Shown here: in pieces, positions 1 through 9,831 of the stretch
Layout of the letters: every line of letters begins with the position of its first letter
Position numbering within the stretch: position 1 is the stretch's first letter
Source of the DNA: Candidatus Magasanikiibacteriota bacterium
Lineage (GTDB): Bacteria; Patescibacteriota; Patescibacteriia; Magasanikbacterales; UBA922
DNA: 39,343 nucleotides
Reading direction: 5' to 3'
NCBI GenBank assembly: GCA_023246555.1
Contig: JAHFIC010000004.1
Location: 1-39,343, forward strand
The notes under the pieces: generated by a model
Database searches by the model: none
What the model saw: the letters and a program-made list of their open reading frames with translations, nothing else
What the model was told of the DNA's origin: nothing
Made by a program: the position numbers and the translations under genes

Positions 1-725
1 GATGGTCGCCAAGCGAAATAACCTTGGGCTTCTGGTAAATCCGGATTGATGCGAATGCGGGCATCCGTAATTCTATCTGGATATTGAGCACGCAAGACCA
101 GGCTGACTTCTTGAATCTCCTCACCTACCACGACTGATTCATGAGAAATGCGCAGGTCACCAAACTCAGAGTGCACGTATCCATTGGCATTCACGCGAAA
201 ACTTGTATCCACTGGAATCCAGCCGCTGGCAAAATCCCGTGACGGATCAGCCCACGCATATTCAATGTCATTATCAACAACATCGCCATATGTTTGATCA
301 GCTGTCCAGCGGAAAATAAATGTCGCTGTCCGCGCTTTTGTATTCACGTAATACTGTGATCCGGCAGTAGGATTACTTGGATTTTCTGGAAGAAGGGTGA
401 CAAAAGCGTTACCAGTTTCAATACTGTTGCCTCGCTCGGTAAAACCATTGACATTCGTCCAACGAAAATTGCCCCGTGTCGGACTGGTTGGGTGATTAAA
501 ATTGATTCGAAAAGATACAGTCGTAATGTCACCGGGTGTTTCGTACGGAATAACCAACTTGGCCGCCTGAACATCGGCGCTATTGGCCTGTTGCACCCGT
601 TTCCAAATGCCTCGCAGTATGGGATCAGTGCTTGGCACGATTTGTGCCGAAGCTATATTACTCGCGCCAAACATAACGGCAAGCAACGTTATTCCTGCCG
701 CGACTACTGAAAACGCCTTTTTCAT
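1..725 (-). CDS. Secreted hypothetical protein (partial, runs off the window start)
   Basis: Hand translation from ATG 725 gives MKKAFSVVAAGITLLAVMFGASNIASAQIVPSTDP..., a signal peptide with an ASA-Q cleavage site. The frame stays open to position 1. It is absent from the ORF track because there is no stop in the window. Confidence 0.8.
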   Translation of the reverse strand, partial: MKKAFSVVAAGITLLAVMFGASNIASAQIVPSTDPILRGIWKRVQQANSADVQAAKLVIPYETPGDITTVSFRINFNHPTSPTRGNFRWTNVNGFTERGNSIETGNAFVTLLPENPSNPTAGSQYYVNTKARTATFIFRWTADQTYGDVVDNDIEYAWADPSRDFASGWIPVDTSFRVNANGYVHSEFGDLRISHESVVVGEEIQEVSLVLRAQYPDRITDARIRINPDLPEAQGYFAWRP

Positions 726-754
726 AGCGAAACTATGATTAAAAATGATGCGTT

Positions 755-783
755 ATCTTAGCATTTCTTTACTTTTTTGTCAA
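755..783 (-). promoter_or_regulatory. Sigma70-type promoter for the secreted protein
   Basis: Minus strand TTGACA (778-783), 17 nt spacer, TGc-TAAGAT (755-760). Confidence 0.55.
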
Positions 784-820
784 TAGCAATAGCCACGCCG
801 AGGCGGGGCTATTGTTATTG
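781..820 (-). terminator. Long inverted repeat downstream of rpoD, probable terminator
   Basis: caatagcaatagcc...ggctattgttattg arms around a cgcc-ga-ggcg core, 12 nt after the rpoD stop; T-rich run follows on the minus strand. Confidence 0.55.
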
Positions 821-832
821 AAGTAAAAAGGT

Positions 833-2077
833 CTAATAATCTCGCAATCGAGTAATCACATCCATGCCCTGAATCTTCTCGAGGGCCTTGGCTTCGATCT
901 GGCGAATACGCTCGCGCGTAACGTCAAATTCCTTGCCAACTTCCTCGAGCGTGTGCGTCACTCCGTCGGTCAAACCAAAACGCATCTCCAAAATTTTCTG
1001 TTCACGTGGGCTTAGATCTTTTATGGCATCGCGAATATAATCGCGCAAGAGCTGTACGCCAGCTGCGTGCGCTGGGGAAACATTTTTTACATCTTCAATA
1101 AAGTCACCGAGCTGAGAATCATCATCGTCGTCGCCAACCGATGTTTCAAGTGAAATGGTTTCTTGAGAAATTTTAATAATGTGTTTGATTTTATCAACTT
1201 CCTCGCCCATTTCCGCCGCGAGTTCTTCCGGCGTCGGGTCACGGCCCAAATCCTGAAGCAATCGGCGCTGCACTTGTTGAAATCGATTGATGGTCTCCAC
1301 CATGTGGACGGGGATCCGAATCGTGCGGCTTTGATCCGCTAAGGCGCGCGTGATCGCCTGCCGAATCCACCAGGTTGCATAAGTAGAAAATTTATACCCT
1401 CTTCGGTAATCAAATTTTTTTACCGCCCGAAACAAGCCGATATTGCCTTCTTGAATCAAGTCAAGAAGTGAGAGTTGTTTGCCCACAAATTTTTTCGCGA
1501 TAGAGACGACAAGACGCAAATTCGCTTCGATCATTTTTCGTTCAGCTTCCCGATCCCCGCGTTCTTTGCGTTTGGCATATGAGACTTCTTCTTCGGCGTT
1601 GAGAAGTGAAATTTTTCCAATCTCACGCAAATACATTTGAATGGAATCCTGCGAAATGCTCCCCAAATCAAAGGATCCTTCCATATCGGGCTGAGATCCT
1701 TGCAAGGTCGCCAAAATTTCTTTATTTTCCATGGGACGGCCCAGAAAACCCTCCCGCATTTCAACCACCGATACGCCGCTATAATCCAAAACATCCAAGA
1801 ATCCTTCGTAGAGAGGAATGCAGTTTTCTACATGCGAAAAAATCGAAAGAATTTCCTGTTCAGTCACAAACCCGCGCCCGCGTGCTTTGTCGAGGAGTCG
1901 CCAAATGGCTTCTTCTTCGGGCGGCGTCGGCGGCGCTTCTTGAACGGGTACCATTGATTTCTTTTTCATCGGCTTCTTTTTTTGCGTCTTCTTTCGCGAA
2001 ACAACAAAAGCGCGGCGCTTCATTTTCGCAATGATTTTTTTCTTTTTCAGTTTCACCTGTTTCTTTTTGTGCGGCAT
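833..2077 (-). CDS. rpoD: RNA polymerase primary sigma factor RpoD/SigA
   Basis: Region 1.2 [11 protein letters not shown], region 2 [38 protein letters not shown], region 4 [24 protein letters not shown]; downstream of dnaG. Confidence 0.97.
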   Translation of the reverse strand: MPHKKKQVKLKKKKIIAKMKRRAFVVSRKKTQKKKPMKKKSMVPVQEAPPTPPEEEAIWRLLDKARGRGFVTEQEILSIFSHVENCIPLYEGFLDVLDYSGVSVVEMREGFLGRPMENKEILATLQGSQPDMEGSFDLGSISQDSIQMYLREIGKISLLNAEEEVSYAKRKERGDREAERKMIEANLRLVVSIAKKFVGKQLSLLDLIQEGNIGLFRAVKKFDYRRGYKFSTYATWWIRQAITRALADQSRTIRIPVHMVETINRFQQVQRRLLQDLGRDPTPEELAAEMGEEVDKIKHIIKISQETISLETSVGDDDDDSQLGDFIEDVKNVSPAHAAGVQLLRDYIRDAIKDLSPREQKILEMRFGLTDGVTHTLEEVGKEFDVTRERIRQIEAKALEKIQGMDVITRLRDY

Positions 2078-2087
2078 GTTGATATGA

Positions 2088-3866
2088 TTAACGCAAAGTT
2101 TCGAAAACCGAATTTAAATGAGCAATCCTCGTCGCATCCCCGGCTCGCTCCGCAAGATCAATTTCCCGTTCAAGAATAATCCGCTCTGCTTGCTTCCATT
2201 CCTTCTTTATTTCCGCCACAATAACGGCAACCTCTTTTTTTGCTTGCGACTCATGAGTGTTCTGAAACAATAAATCACCCTGCAAGATCAGAGTATCTAC
2301 AATGTTCTCAATATTTCCATCGGAGAACGCATGACGAAGATTGTCACGACTGATTGAATGTTGCGTAGTATACCCGCTTCCAACACTCTCGTAAAGATGC
2401 GCGAGGTCTGGTGTGGATAACATTGGCGTTACCCCTCCTGGGAGGTCCCATTCTTCATACGCAGTGGGATACCGAAGGACAAGAACAAGAAACCGCTCAA
2501 CCAAGGCATCCATACGAGTCTTTTGGGGAGGATATGGAGACACAACCTCATTGGGCTTTGCCTGCTGGGGTTTGGATTTTGGACTCCGTCGTATGCGCTC
2601 CATATCTTCTTTCAAAATGTCCACATCAACACCAATTCTCCCGGCGAGTTCTCGCAGCCAGTGATCGCGCTCCACGGCATAGGGAATCCGTGAAATGTCT
2701 GGAAGCAGCTCGTTGGCAATTTGTTGTTTCTCCTTTGGATTCGTGATGTTCCTGCCCCGGAACACACCTACAAACAGCCATTCAATATATTCTTCCGCAT
2801 TCAAAACCGCATCAAACCATACCTCTGGATTTTTCTTTAGACACTCATCCGGGTCTTTTCCGGCACCATCGGGAATGCGAATAATGGTGATATTCATGCC
2901 TTCTTGAAGGGCAACATCCCGACCGCGTTTAGCGGCGGCGATGCCAGCAGAATCCGCGTCAAATGAGATTGATACATTTGAAGAATACCGCTTTAACACC
3001 TCTACTTGTTGCTCGGTCATGGCCGTGCCACTGACGGCCACCACATGCTTCATACCCGCCTGGTGACAGGCGACCACATCCATTTGCCCCTCGACCATAA
3101 TCATCCGATCGTTCTTTTTAATTTCTTGTTTGGCTTTATTAAGTCCAAAGACGACGCGCGACTTATCATAAAGCGGTGTCTGCGGTGTGTTCACATATTT
3201 GCCTCCCGATGTTTCAGTCTCCACCAGCACGCGTCCGGTAAAGCCGACAACCGTATCATGAGCGTCCCAAATTGGGAACATGATTCTGCCGCGAAAGCGG
3301 TCGTAAAATCCGCCTCCGTCTTTCTTAATCGTGAGTCCTGAGACAACAAGGTCATCAATACCGTAGCCTTTTTTCAAAAGATACTGCGTGAGAAGATCCC
3401 ATTGATCAGAGATAAAGCCAATTCGCCACTCTTCAATGGTCGCCTCTTTCAATCCTCGCTCGTTCAAATACTGGCGCGCGCCGGCCGCGGCTGGCATCTG
3501 TAGTAAAAATTGATGAAAAAACCGCGCGGCTTCCACGTTAATGTCTTTGAGACGATTCTTTTGGTTGCGATCTGACTCGCTCCGTGTATGTGTGAGCGGG
3601 ACACCGGCTCGATCTGCCAGAAATCGAAGCGCTTCAATAAATTCCATGCTCTCGATTTCTTGAATGAAGGAAAAAATATCTCCACCTTTGGAGCAACCAA
3701 AACAATGCCATGACTGGCGCTCGCGGCTCACCATGAAAGACGGCGTTTTTTCGCGATGAAATGGACAAAGCCCCTTCTGATTCACGCCAGCAGGTTTGAG
3801 TTGCACATACTCGCCCACCAAGTCCACAATATCGATCTTATCTTTAATGAGTTGGGTATCGGACAT
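2088..3866 (-). CDS. dnaG: DNA primase
   Basis: CHC2 zinc finger [11 protein letters not shown]...[37 protein letters not shown] and FDADSAG, GKDPDE. Confidence 0.97.
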   Translation of the reverse strand: MSDTQLIKDKIDIVDLVGEYVQLKPAGVNQKGLCPFHREKTPSFMVSRERQSWHCFGCSKGGDIFSFIQEIESMEFIEALRFLADRAGVPLTHTRSESDRNQKNRLKDINVEAARFFHQFLLQMPAAAGARQYLNERGLKEATIEEWRIGFISDQWDLLTQYLLKKGYGIDDLVVSGLTIKKDGGGFYDRFRGRIMFPIWDAHDTVVGFTGRVLVETETSGGKYVNTPQTPLYDKSRVVFGLNKAKQEIKKNDRMIMVEGQMDVVACHQAGMKHVVAVSGTAMTEQQVEVLKRYSSNVSISFDADSAGIAAAKRGRDVALQEGMNITIIRIPDGAGKDPDECLKKNPEVWFDAVLNAEEYIEWLFVGVFRGRNITNPKEKQQIANELLPDISRIPYAVERDHWLRELAGRIGVDVDILKEDMERIRRSPKSKPQQAKPNEVVSPYPPQKTRMDALVERFLVLVLRYPTAYEEWDLPGGVTPMLSTPDLAHLYESVGSGYTTQHSISRDNLRHAFSDGNIENIVDTLILQGDLLFQNTHESQAKKEVAVIVAEIKKEWKQAERIILEREIDLAERAGDATRIAHLNSVFETLR

Positions 3867-3870
3867 ACTT

Positions 3871-3898
3871 TGGCTTTCGGCTATTAGCTATGAGCTCA
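3871..3898. repeat. Degenerate 7-bp tandem repeat immediately upstream of dnaG
   Basis: tggcttt cggctat tagctat gagctca. Confidence 0.5.
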
Positions 3899-3914
3899 AT
3901 CTACCGCTACAATA

Positions 3915-3942
3915 ACAAAAGAGAGGCTTCCGTGGAAGCCCC
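3915..3942 (-). terminator. Rho-independent terminator-like hairpin
   Basis: ggcttcc-gt-ggaagcc stem; ctctcttttgtt follows on the minus strand; lies downstream of the 77-aa ORF. Confidence 0.5.
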
Positions 3943-3969
3943 AAGGCGATTGAAAACGAAATGAAGGAA

Positions 3970-4203
3970 CTAGACCCGCTTTTTTGCCGAACATCTCGGT
4001 CTTCGGGTATTGTGCTCCCTCTCTTTACCCATACGGCGCAGGGTCTGGCGCAGATGGTAGGCAAGCGTCTCGCCGAGTGCCGATGCGAACCGTGCTCTAT
4101 CCTCCGCCGATCCGGTTTTCGCGGCCCGATCGGTCGCGATCGCTAAACGCTTCTTGAGCCGCGTCAATTCCGACGGTTGTCTTTTTTTATGCTTTTTCTT
4201 CAT
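3970..4203 (-). CDS. Small basic hypothetical protein (77 aa)
   Basis: ATG preceded by a GAGGTG SD-like site; co-oriented with neighbours; terminator-like hairpin downstream. Confidence 0.5.
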   Translation of the reverse strand: MKKKHKKRQPSELTRLKKRLAIATDRAAKTGSAEDRARFASALGETLAYHLRQTLRRMGKEREHNTRRPRCSAKKRV

Positions 4204-4212
4204 TTCTACACC

Positions 4213-4548
4213 TCAATCAATACCCGGACCAACTGCTGGCGCGTAGATACGGTTCATACGGCAGAGAATTTCTGCCCGCTCAACTGCGCCAAGCTGTTCA
4301 GTCCAACCAGGAATCGCTGGCAACTTGGGGTCCCGCCTCATGACAATTGGGGTGAGTTCCCCTTTTATCCTCATCATCCGCGCGTCATCCTTCAGGTCTC
4401 CGGTTAGAAACACCGCCGGAATGCCGCTTGGCAATTCTTCGACAGAGACACTCACGCTTGCCGCCGCGCCATCCGGCAGAATCGCCAACAACCCCTTCCG
4501 CACTGCGGGATCGATAATTGCTCTCTCGAGCTCAGTTTTGGTGAACAA
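4213..4548 (-). CDS. Hypothetical protein (111 aa)
   Basis: TTG start preceded by AAGGAG; fills the gap between pyrG and the next ORF. Confidence 0.55.
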   Translation of the reverse strand: MFTKTELERAIIDPAVRKGLLAILPDGAAASVSVSVEELPSGIPAVFLTGDLKDDARMMRIKGELTPIVMRRDPKLPAIPGWTEQLGAVERAEILCRMNRIYAPAVGPGID

Positions 4549-4571
4549 AGACAGCTCCTTTCTCTTGTTTT

Positions 4572-6206
4572 CTATCCACGTTTCATCGCCGCATGAACAA
4601 ATGCTAAAAATAATGGATGCGGATTCATCGGACGTGATTTGAATTCTGGATGAAATTGAGTGCCCACAAAAAACGGATGGTCTTTGAGTTCGACAATTTC
4701 CACGAGGTCGGTTTCTGGATTTACGCCGACGATCCGGAGTCCTGCATGATCAACCATTTCTCGATATTCATTGTTGAACTCATACCGATGGCGGTGGCGT
4801 TCGGATATTTTGTCGCTCCCGTACGCTTTTCTTGTCCAACTCCCCTTTTTCAAAGCGCAATCATACGCGCCGAGGCGCATGGTGCCGCCATACCGGTTCT
4901 CGCGAACATTTTTCGCCTGCCGCGGATTGATGTGAATAATCGGATATGGTGTTTTCGGATCAATTTCTACCGTATTCGCCTGATGCTTTCCCAGTACATT
5001 TCTCGCAAATTCAATGCTCGCCAATTGCATGCCGTAGCACAAGCCGAAATACGGAATCTTTTTTTCACGCGCCAAACGGATCGCCTGAATAATACCTTCG
5101 ACTCCACGGTGACCGAATCCTCCCGGCACAATAATGCCGCTATATGCCGACAAATCATGAACCAACTCCGAGTTACTTTCGTATGCCTCGGAATCAATCC
5201 AGTCCATAACCGGCTTTGCGCCATGGTGCCACGCGGCATGCTTGACCGCCTCAATCACTGAAATATACGAATCAGACAGTGTGTATTTTCCCGTCCCAAA
5301 ATATTTGCCAACAACTGCGATATTTACTTGTTTTTCAGCGCTGTGGATTTTTTTCACCAAATCCTGCCATTGCTTCAAATTGCTCGACCGACGTTTCAAC
5401 CCCAAAATTTTCAATAAATTGTTCCCTGTCTCCTGCTCTTCAAATTTGAGCGGAACCTCGTAAATAGAAGCAACATCAGGCGCGGAGATGCAGTTTTCTG
5501 GACGAACGCCGCAAAAAATCGCGAGCTTTTCGCGCCGCGGACGGTCGAGCTCGGACGGGCCACGAGCGATAATGATATCAGCCGCAATTCCCGCTGAATT
5601 CAATGCCCGGGATGCATGCTGTGTTGGTTTGGTTTTCATCTCTCCCAAATGCGACGGCACAGGAAGATACGATACGAGAACAACAGCAACATCTCCGGGA
5701 GACTTTAATTTCATCATTCGCACTGCTTCCAAAAAAAGAATATTTTCATATTCCCCCACGGTGCCGCCGATTTCAATCGTCGTAATATCGGCATCACGCT
5801 TCTGCGCGGCTTCTTCGATGCGACGGATAATTTCATTGGGAACATCCGGGACTACTTGAACGCACCTCCCTTTATATTTCATGCTTCGTTCATCTTCAAT
5901 GACTGACAAATACACGCGACCGGTGGTCATGTAGTTCACGCTACCAAGATCGGCGTTCAAAAACCTCTCGTAATTTCCAATATCCTGATCCGTCTCATCC
6001 CCATCGTCGGTAACAAATACCTCGCCATGCTCAATCGGATTCATGGTGCCGGCATCCACGTTAATATACGGATCGGCCTTAAGCGCCGTAACGCGAAAGC
6101 CTTTGGCCGAAAAAATGGCGCCCAAAGACGCCGTCGCGACTCCCTTGCCGACGCCGGAGAGCACGCCGCCAACTACAAAAATATATTTACGCTGTTTTTT
6201 TGCCAT
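4572..6206 (-). CDS. pyrG: CTP synthase
   Basis: KYIFVVGGVLSGVGKG, DPYINVDAGTMNP..HGEVFVT.DG.ETD, glutaminase GLCYGMQ, ERHRHRYEFN, QFHPEFKSRP. Start taken at ATG 6206. Confidence 0.97.
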   Translation of the reverse strand: MAKKQRKYIFVVGGVLSGVGKGVATASLGAIFSAKGFRVTALKADPYINVDAGTMNPIEHGEVFVTDDGDETDQDIGNYERFLNADLGSVNYMTTGRVYLSVIEDERSMKYKGRCVQVVPDVPNEIIRRIEEAAQKRDADITTIEIGGTVGEYENILFLEAVRMMKLKSPGDVAVVLVSYLPVPSHLGEMKTKPTQHASRALNSAGIAADIIIARGPSELDRPRREKLAIFCGVRPENCISAPDVASIYEVPLKFEEQETGNNLLKILGLKRRSSNLKQWQDLVKKIHSAEKQVNIAVVGKYFGTGKYTLSDSYISVIEAVKHAAWHHGAKPVMDWIDSEAYESNSELVHDLSAYSGIIVPGGFGHRGVEGIIQAIRLAREKKIPYFGLCYGMQLASIEFARNVLGKHQANTVEIDPKTPYPIIHINPRQAKNVRENRYGGTMRLGAYDCALKKGSWTRKAYGSDKISERHRHRYEFNNEYREMVDHAGLRIVGVNPETDLVEIVELKDHPFFVGTQFHPEFKSRPMNPHPLFLAFVHAAMKRG

Positions 6207-6234
6207 AACGAACATTTTCACTTCTAGTATACGG

Positions 6235-7566
6235 CTATGCCGCCACTTTTTTCAACCGCTCCTTGGTGGTCAAAATTTCGTTGTACAAATCCCACGATAA
6301 GCTAAGTGCAACCTCGGCCGCTTCAGCCGGAGTCAGCTCCTTTTCTTTTGTCCAACCACTCTTCTCTAGCTGTGCCACAATGCGATCCGAGGTTGTCATG
6401 CGGCTTTTCAGCATATCCTCGAGCGGCTGAAGGATTTTCTCCCGATTTTCCGGCACAAACTGCTTCGCCATCCGGAAAAACGCCTGACAATAGTTGAAAA
6501 CAACATCGTCTGCAAGCCCCTCGTATGCCGCGCGGCGTTGAAGATTTTTCCTCACAAAACTATCGGGTGGAATAACAATCGTCTTTCCATCAAAAGAAAA
6601 CGGATGCTCCACCCCTGTATCTGCCGGCAAGATACGAATATGTTTTTCCTGGATTTCTTTCAGAAGAAATTTTACCAAGATAGCAATGGCGGCAATAATA
6701 TCGGGGTGGTTCATATCCATACCGCGGATTTCCATCGTCCCGTGAGAATTGATTTTGACCGGATTCCACGTGTTGTCCAAAATAGATCCATGTTTAGAAA
6801 ACATGGCGATTTTTGTTCCGACGGATTTGAGGATCTCTGCCCAATCCACGAACCGGTCGGCAATTTGACTCAAAATATCCGTGCTGGTTGTTTTATATTG
6901 CTGTAGCGCGCCGAATTCAGGCAAATTGGCATACAATCCTTCTGGAGAATCCAAATCTTTTCCGCCGCGATACATAAGGACGCGGCTATCCTTTGCCAGG
7001 TACTTTCCCTGATAGAGCGGAGAAGACTGCGCAAAGGTAAACAGCGCCGGATCCATGGCGATGCAGAGGTTATAAATATCCACCATGGTTTGCATGTTTT
7101 TGGAACGAATGAGGGGTTTGATGATTTTTTTAATGTCATCAAAAACACCCCAAGGAAGCGAATAATGGATATGAAGCCCGACACAACGGCCGGCAATAGC
7201 GAACCGCTGTTTGCCTAAAATTTTCTGCTGTGCCCGGTAGCGACGGTGCACATGAAACTCCGGAGTGAAAGCACCCGGATAGGTGCCGTAAGCATACAGC
7301 ACAAGTTTTTCTTCGGTCGCCGCGACCGCCACCACTTCGAAATTCTCCATGGCACGAATCATCGCCGCTGGCACATCAGTTTCGACCGGCGTCGTTATCT
7401 CGATCATGTTTTTGCCGCACTCACGCTTGATGTCAATCTCGGGATGCTCCCGTTTTACGCGTGCGATGAGCTGGTCAGCGCCGTTTGCCATGTATCCTTT
7501 TTCATCGAGCGTAAACAATTCAAATTCAATGCCAAAACGCAATGTTTTTTGCACTTTCTTTTTCAT
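6235..7566 (-). CDS. Glutamate--cysteine ligase family 2 (GCS2/YbdK-like) carboxylate-amine ligase
   Basis: FGIEFELFTLD, IEITTP, GLHIH, SSP, TMEIRGMD motifs. Start taken at ATG 7566 just after the antiporter stop. Confidence 0.8.
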   Translation of the reverse strand: MKKKVQKTLRFGIEFELFTLDEKGYMANGADQLIARVKREHPEIDIKRECGKNMIEITTPVETDVPAAMIRAMENFEVVAVAATEEKLVLYAYGTYPGAFTPEFHVHRRYRAQQKILGKQRFAIAGRCVGLHIHYSLPWGVFDDIKKIIKPLIRSKNMQTMVDIYNLCIAMDPALFTFAQSSPLYQGKYLAKDSRVLMYRGGKDLDSPEGLYANLPEFGALQQYKTTSTDILSQIADRFVDWAEILKSVGTKIAMFSKHGSILDNTWNPVKINSHGTMEIRGMDMNHPDIIAAIAILVKFLLKEIQEKHIRILPADTGVEHPFSFDGKTIVIPPDSFVRKNLQRRAAYEGLADDVVFNYCQAFFRMAKQFVPENREKILQPLEDMLKSRMTTSDRIVAQLEKSGWTKEKELTPAEAAEVALSLSWDLYNEILTTKERLKKVAA

Positions 7567-7571
7567 GATTC

Positions 7572-8540
7572 TTAGGGTAGCACATCCGAGATCCCGTGGG
7601 CAAATCCGAATGCGGCACGAATAACAAAATACGATACAAAAATAACAATCAGCGCAATCGCTTCTTTCGTGCTCAATTTCATGCGTGTTCGAAGCAAGAG
7701 TGTGGCCAGGATGCACGCCACAATAAGAAACGGAAAATCAAATGAAATGACCGACGCTGGAACCGTGAGGTTTTTTGCAATGACCGCTCCAAGCCCGACG
7801 ACAAACAGCATGTCAAAAATATTGCTTCCGACCAGATTCTCAAAGACAAAGATTCCCTGATTTTTCTTCATCGCTGTGACCGTCGCGGCCAGTTCGGGGA
7901 GACTGGTGCCCAATCCGACCAAGAGAAGCCCAACGAGCGCCTGGCTGACATGAAAACGCTCCGAGAGCAACAAGGCGTGCGTTACGGTTACATACGACGC
8001 AATACAAAGAAGCGCCAAGCCGCCGCAAAGATACAGGAGCGGTCCAATGCGTTCGATATTTTTCAAGGGAATCGCTCTCGCTTCACGGCGCTCTTCACGA
8101 GCGATCATAAAAAGGTACAGGATATAGACAGCGATCAGCGCCAGCCCATCGAGTCGGGAAATCGTGCCATCCAGTGCGGAAAAAAATAACAAAAAAGAAG
8201 ATATGATCATCATGGTGCCGTCGCGCAGCAATAATTTTTTTGTAAGCGTAATCGTGCCAATGAGCCCGGCGATGCCCAAGATAAGCGTTGCTTGGCTGAG
8301 CACCGTGCCAACAATTTCCCCGAGTACGAGCCCGGAGGTATTCATACCTTTGGCTTGCCCAATAGCGCCAACACCCACCACAAAAATTTCCGGAAGGTCA
8401 GTGCCAATCGCGACAATCGTGAGGCCGATAAATGCCGGCGTCAAACGAAACCAGTGCGCAACCGCAAGACCGCGAAGGACAAGCTTTGCGCCGGTGATGA
8501 GGGTCGCGAGACCAAGGATAACAATGAGAATGGACATCAT
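7572..8540 (-). CDS. Ca2+/Na+ (CaCA family, YrbG-like) antiporter
   Basis: Two alpha repeats AIGTDLPE and GLGTSLPE...GSNIFD; about 10 hydrophobic segments. Confidence 0.9.
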   Translation of the reverse strand: MMSILIVILGLATLITGAKLVLRGLAVAHWFRLTPAFIGLTIVAIGTDLPEIFVVGVGAIGQAKGMNTSGLVLGEIVGTVLSQATLILGIAGLIGTITLTKKLLLRDGTMMIISSFLLFFSALDGTISRLDGLALIAVYILYLFMIAREERREARAIPLKNIERIGPLLYLCGGLALLCIASYVTVTHALLLSERFHVSQALVGLLLVGLGTSLPELAATVTAMKKNQGIFVFENLVGSNIFDMLFVVGLGAVIAKNLTVPASVISFDFPFLIVACILATLLLRTRMKLSTKEAIALIVIFVSYFVIRAAFGFAHGISDVLP

Positions 8541-8556
8541 GCACCGATAGTATAGT

Positions 8557-9540
8557 TTACTTCAAGAAATCACTCAAAAGCGTTTCCAACTCCCCTAACG
8601 TATTTACGCGCACCAATTTTTCGCGCATAACTTTGAGGCCTTCCACTTCAAAACCAACTTTGTTCGTTTTGAAATACCATGAAAGATGCTTGCGAAATGA
8701 TACCATGCCGCGTTCGCCATACTGCGCAGAGTGTAATCGCGCATGCTCAAGAACAACCCGAACTCGCTCGTCGATAGATATTCTAGAATTTAGATTCTGT
8801 ATTCTAGATTCTGTCAAACGAAAAAACCACGGATTCCCCAACGCCCCGCGCGCGATTAAGACCCCGTCCGCACTGGTGATGTCCAACACTTCCCGCACCT
8901 GATGCGGCTCATGAATGTCCCCATTCGCCAAGATCGGCACGCGCGCGATTTTTTTTGCTTCTCTAATCCGCACCCAATCGCTTTTCCCGCTGTACCCTTG
9001 TGCTTTTGTCCGTCCATGAATAGTGATAAGCTCGGCGCCGGCATCTTCAATGACAGGAATAAACTTCCTGAATTCATCCGGGTCACTCCAGCCCAAACGA
9101 ATCTTCACCGACAGCGGCGTCTCGCCGATCGCGCGTTTCATTTCACGAATAATTGCTCCTGCGCGCTCCGGCTCCTTCATGAGAGCGCACCCATTAAAAT
9201 TGCTGATAATCTTATACACCGGACACCCCATGTTGATGTCGATACCTTCTGGACCCGCATGCTCCATCACAATTGCCGCGGCTTTTGCCATGGTCAATGG
9301 ATCCGCACCAAAAATCTGTTGCACAATCGGTCGTTCTGCTTCCACAAAATCCGTCATGCCAAGCGTTTTTTGGTTCTCTCGAATAAGCGCTTCACTCGAG
9401 ACCATTTCCCGAAACACAACATCGGCCCCACCAACTCGTCGGACAATCTGACAGAAAGCACTGTCGGTCATATCCGCCATCGGTGACAGCGCCAAAATTT
9501 TCTTGTTTTTTTGCAGAACCTCTTCAATCCACATACCCAT
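8557..9540 (-). CDS. dusB: tRNA-dihydrouridine synthase (DusB/NifR3 family)
   Basis: LSPMADMTD, QQIFG, IDINMGCP, SVKIRLGW, TIHGRT, ANGDI, IARGALGNPW. Start at ATG 9540 or 9534. Confidence 0.9.
   Translation of the reverse strand: MGMWIEEVLQKNKKILALSPMADMTDSAFCQIVRRVGGADVVFREMVSSEALIRENQKTLGMTDFVEAERPIVQQIFGADPLTMAKAAAIVMEHAGPEGIDINMGCPVYKIISNFNGCALMKEPERAGAIIREMKRAIGETPLSVKIRLGWSDPDEFRKFIPVIEDAGAELITIHGRTKAQGYSGKSDWVRIREAKKIARVPILANGDIHEPHQVREVLDITSADGVLIARGALGNPWFFRLTESRIQNLNSRISIDERVRVVLEHARLHSAQYGERGMVSFRKHLSWYFKTNKVGFEVEGLKVMREKLVRVNTLGELETLLSDFLK
8780..8814. repeat. 7-bp tandem repeat within dusB
   Basis: attctag aatttag attctgt attctag attctgt, encoding TESRIQNLNSRI. Confidence 0.75.
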
Positions 9541-9598
9541 AAATTTTGCATTTTGAGTTATCCACAACTGTATACTTTTTTAGCTAAAAAATCAACAT

Positions 9599-9627
9599 TT
9601 GACCAGCTAAAACGATGGTGCTATAGT
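9599..9627 (+). promoter_or_regulatory. Sigma70 promoter upstream of the riboswitch
   Basis: TTGACC (9599-9604), 17 nt spacer, TGc-TATAGT (9622-9627). Confidence 0.65.
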
Positions 9628-9643
9628 CCCTCTACAATTCAAC

Positions 9644-9756
9644 AACATATTTGTGGAAGTGAGGTGATCCGCCAAAGGCGGACAAGCATTCCTCTACTGT
9701 GCCGCAACGGTAAAGTCCCGATGGAATCGGGAACAAGTCCGGTCTTCAAATATGTT
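9644..9756 (+). ncRNA. Cobalamin (B12) riboswitch aptamer, compact form
   Basis: Closing stem aacatatttg/caaatatgtt; GGAA-gt-GAGG-TG...ATT-CCTC (P4); CTGtgccgCAACGGTAA (P5/P6); short cccgat/atcggg hairpin; B12-box AAGTCCGG. Lies upstream of DUF4430 genes. Confidence 0.85.
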
Positions 9757-9760
9757 TTAC

Positions 9761-9831
9761 GCCCGAGCAGGTAACGACGCGCTTTGCGTCTTTCTCCATC
9801 TCTACCTGTCCGGCTAGAGTTTTTTTATTTT
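9761..9831 (+). promoter_or_regulatory. Putative riboswitch expression platform (terminator-like)
   Basis: gcaggta/tacctgt outer stem with an inner gacgc/gcgtc hairpin, followed by a T-run (9820-9831) directly before ATG 9832. Confidence 0.5.

Noticed and set aside
7567-7716. Cys-rich N-terminal extension of the GCS2 ORF
   Set aside because: It overlaps the antiporter 3' end; ATG 7566 fits the family start better
9558-9566. Perfect DnaA box TTATCCACA upstream of dusB (another at 2412-2420 inside dnaG)
   Set aside because: Isolated single boxes with no cluster, unwinding element or dnaA/dnaN; compatible with chance, although local regulation cannot be excluded
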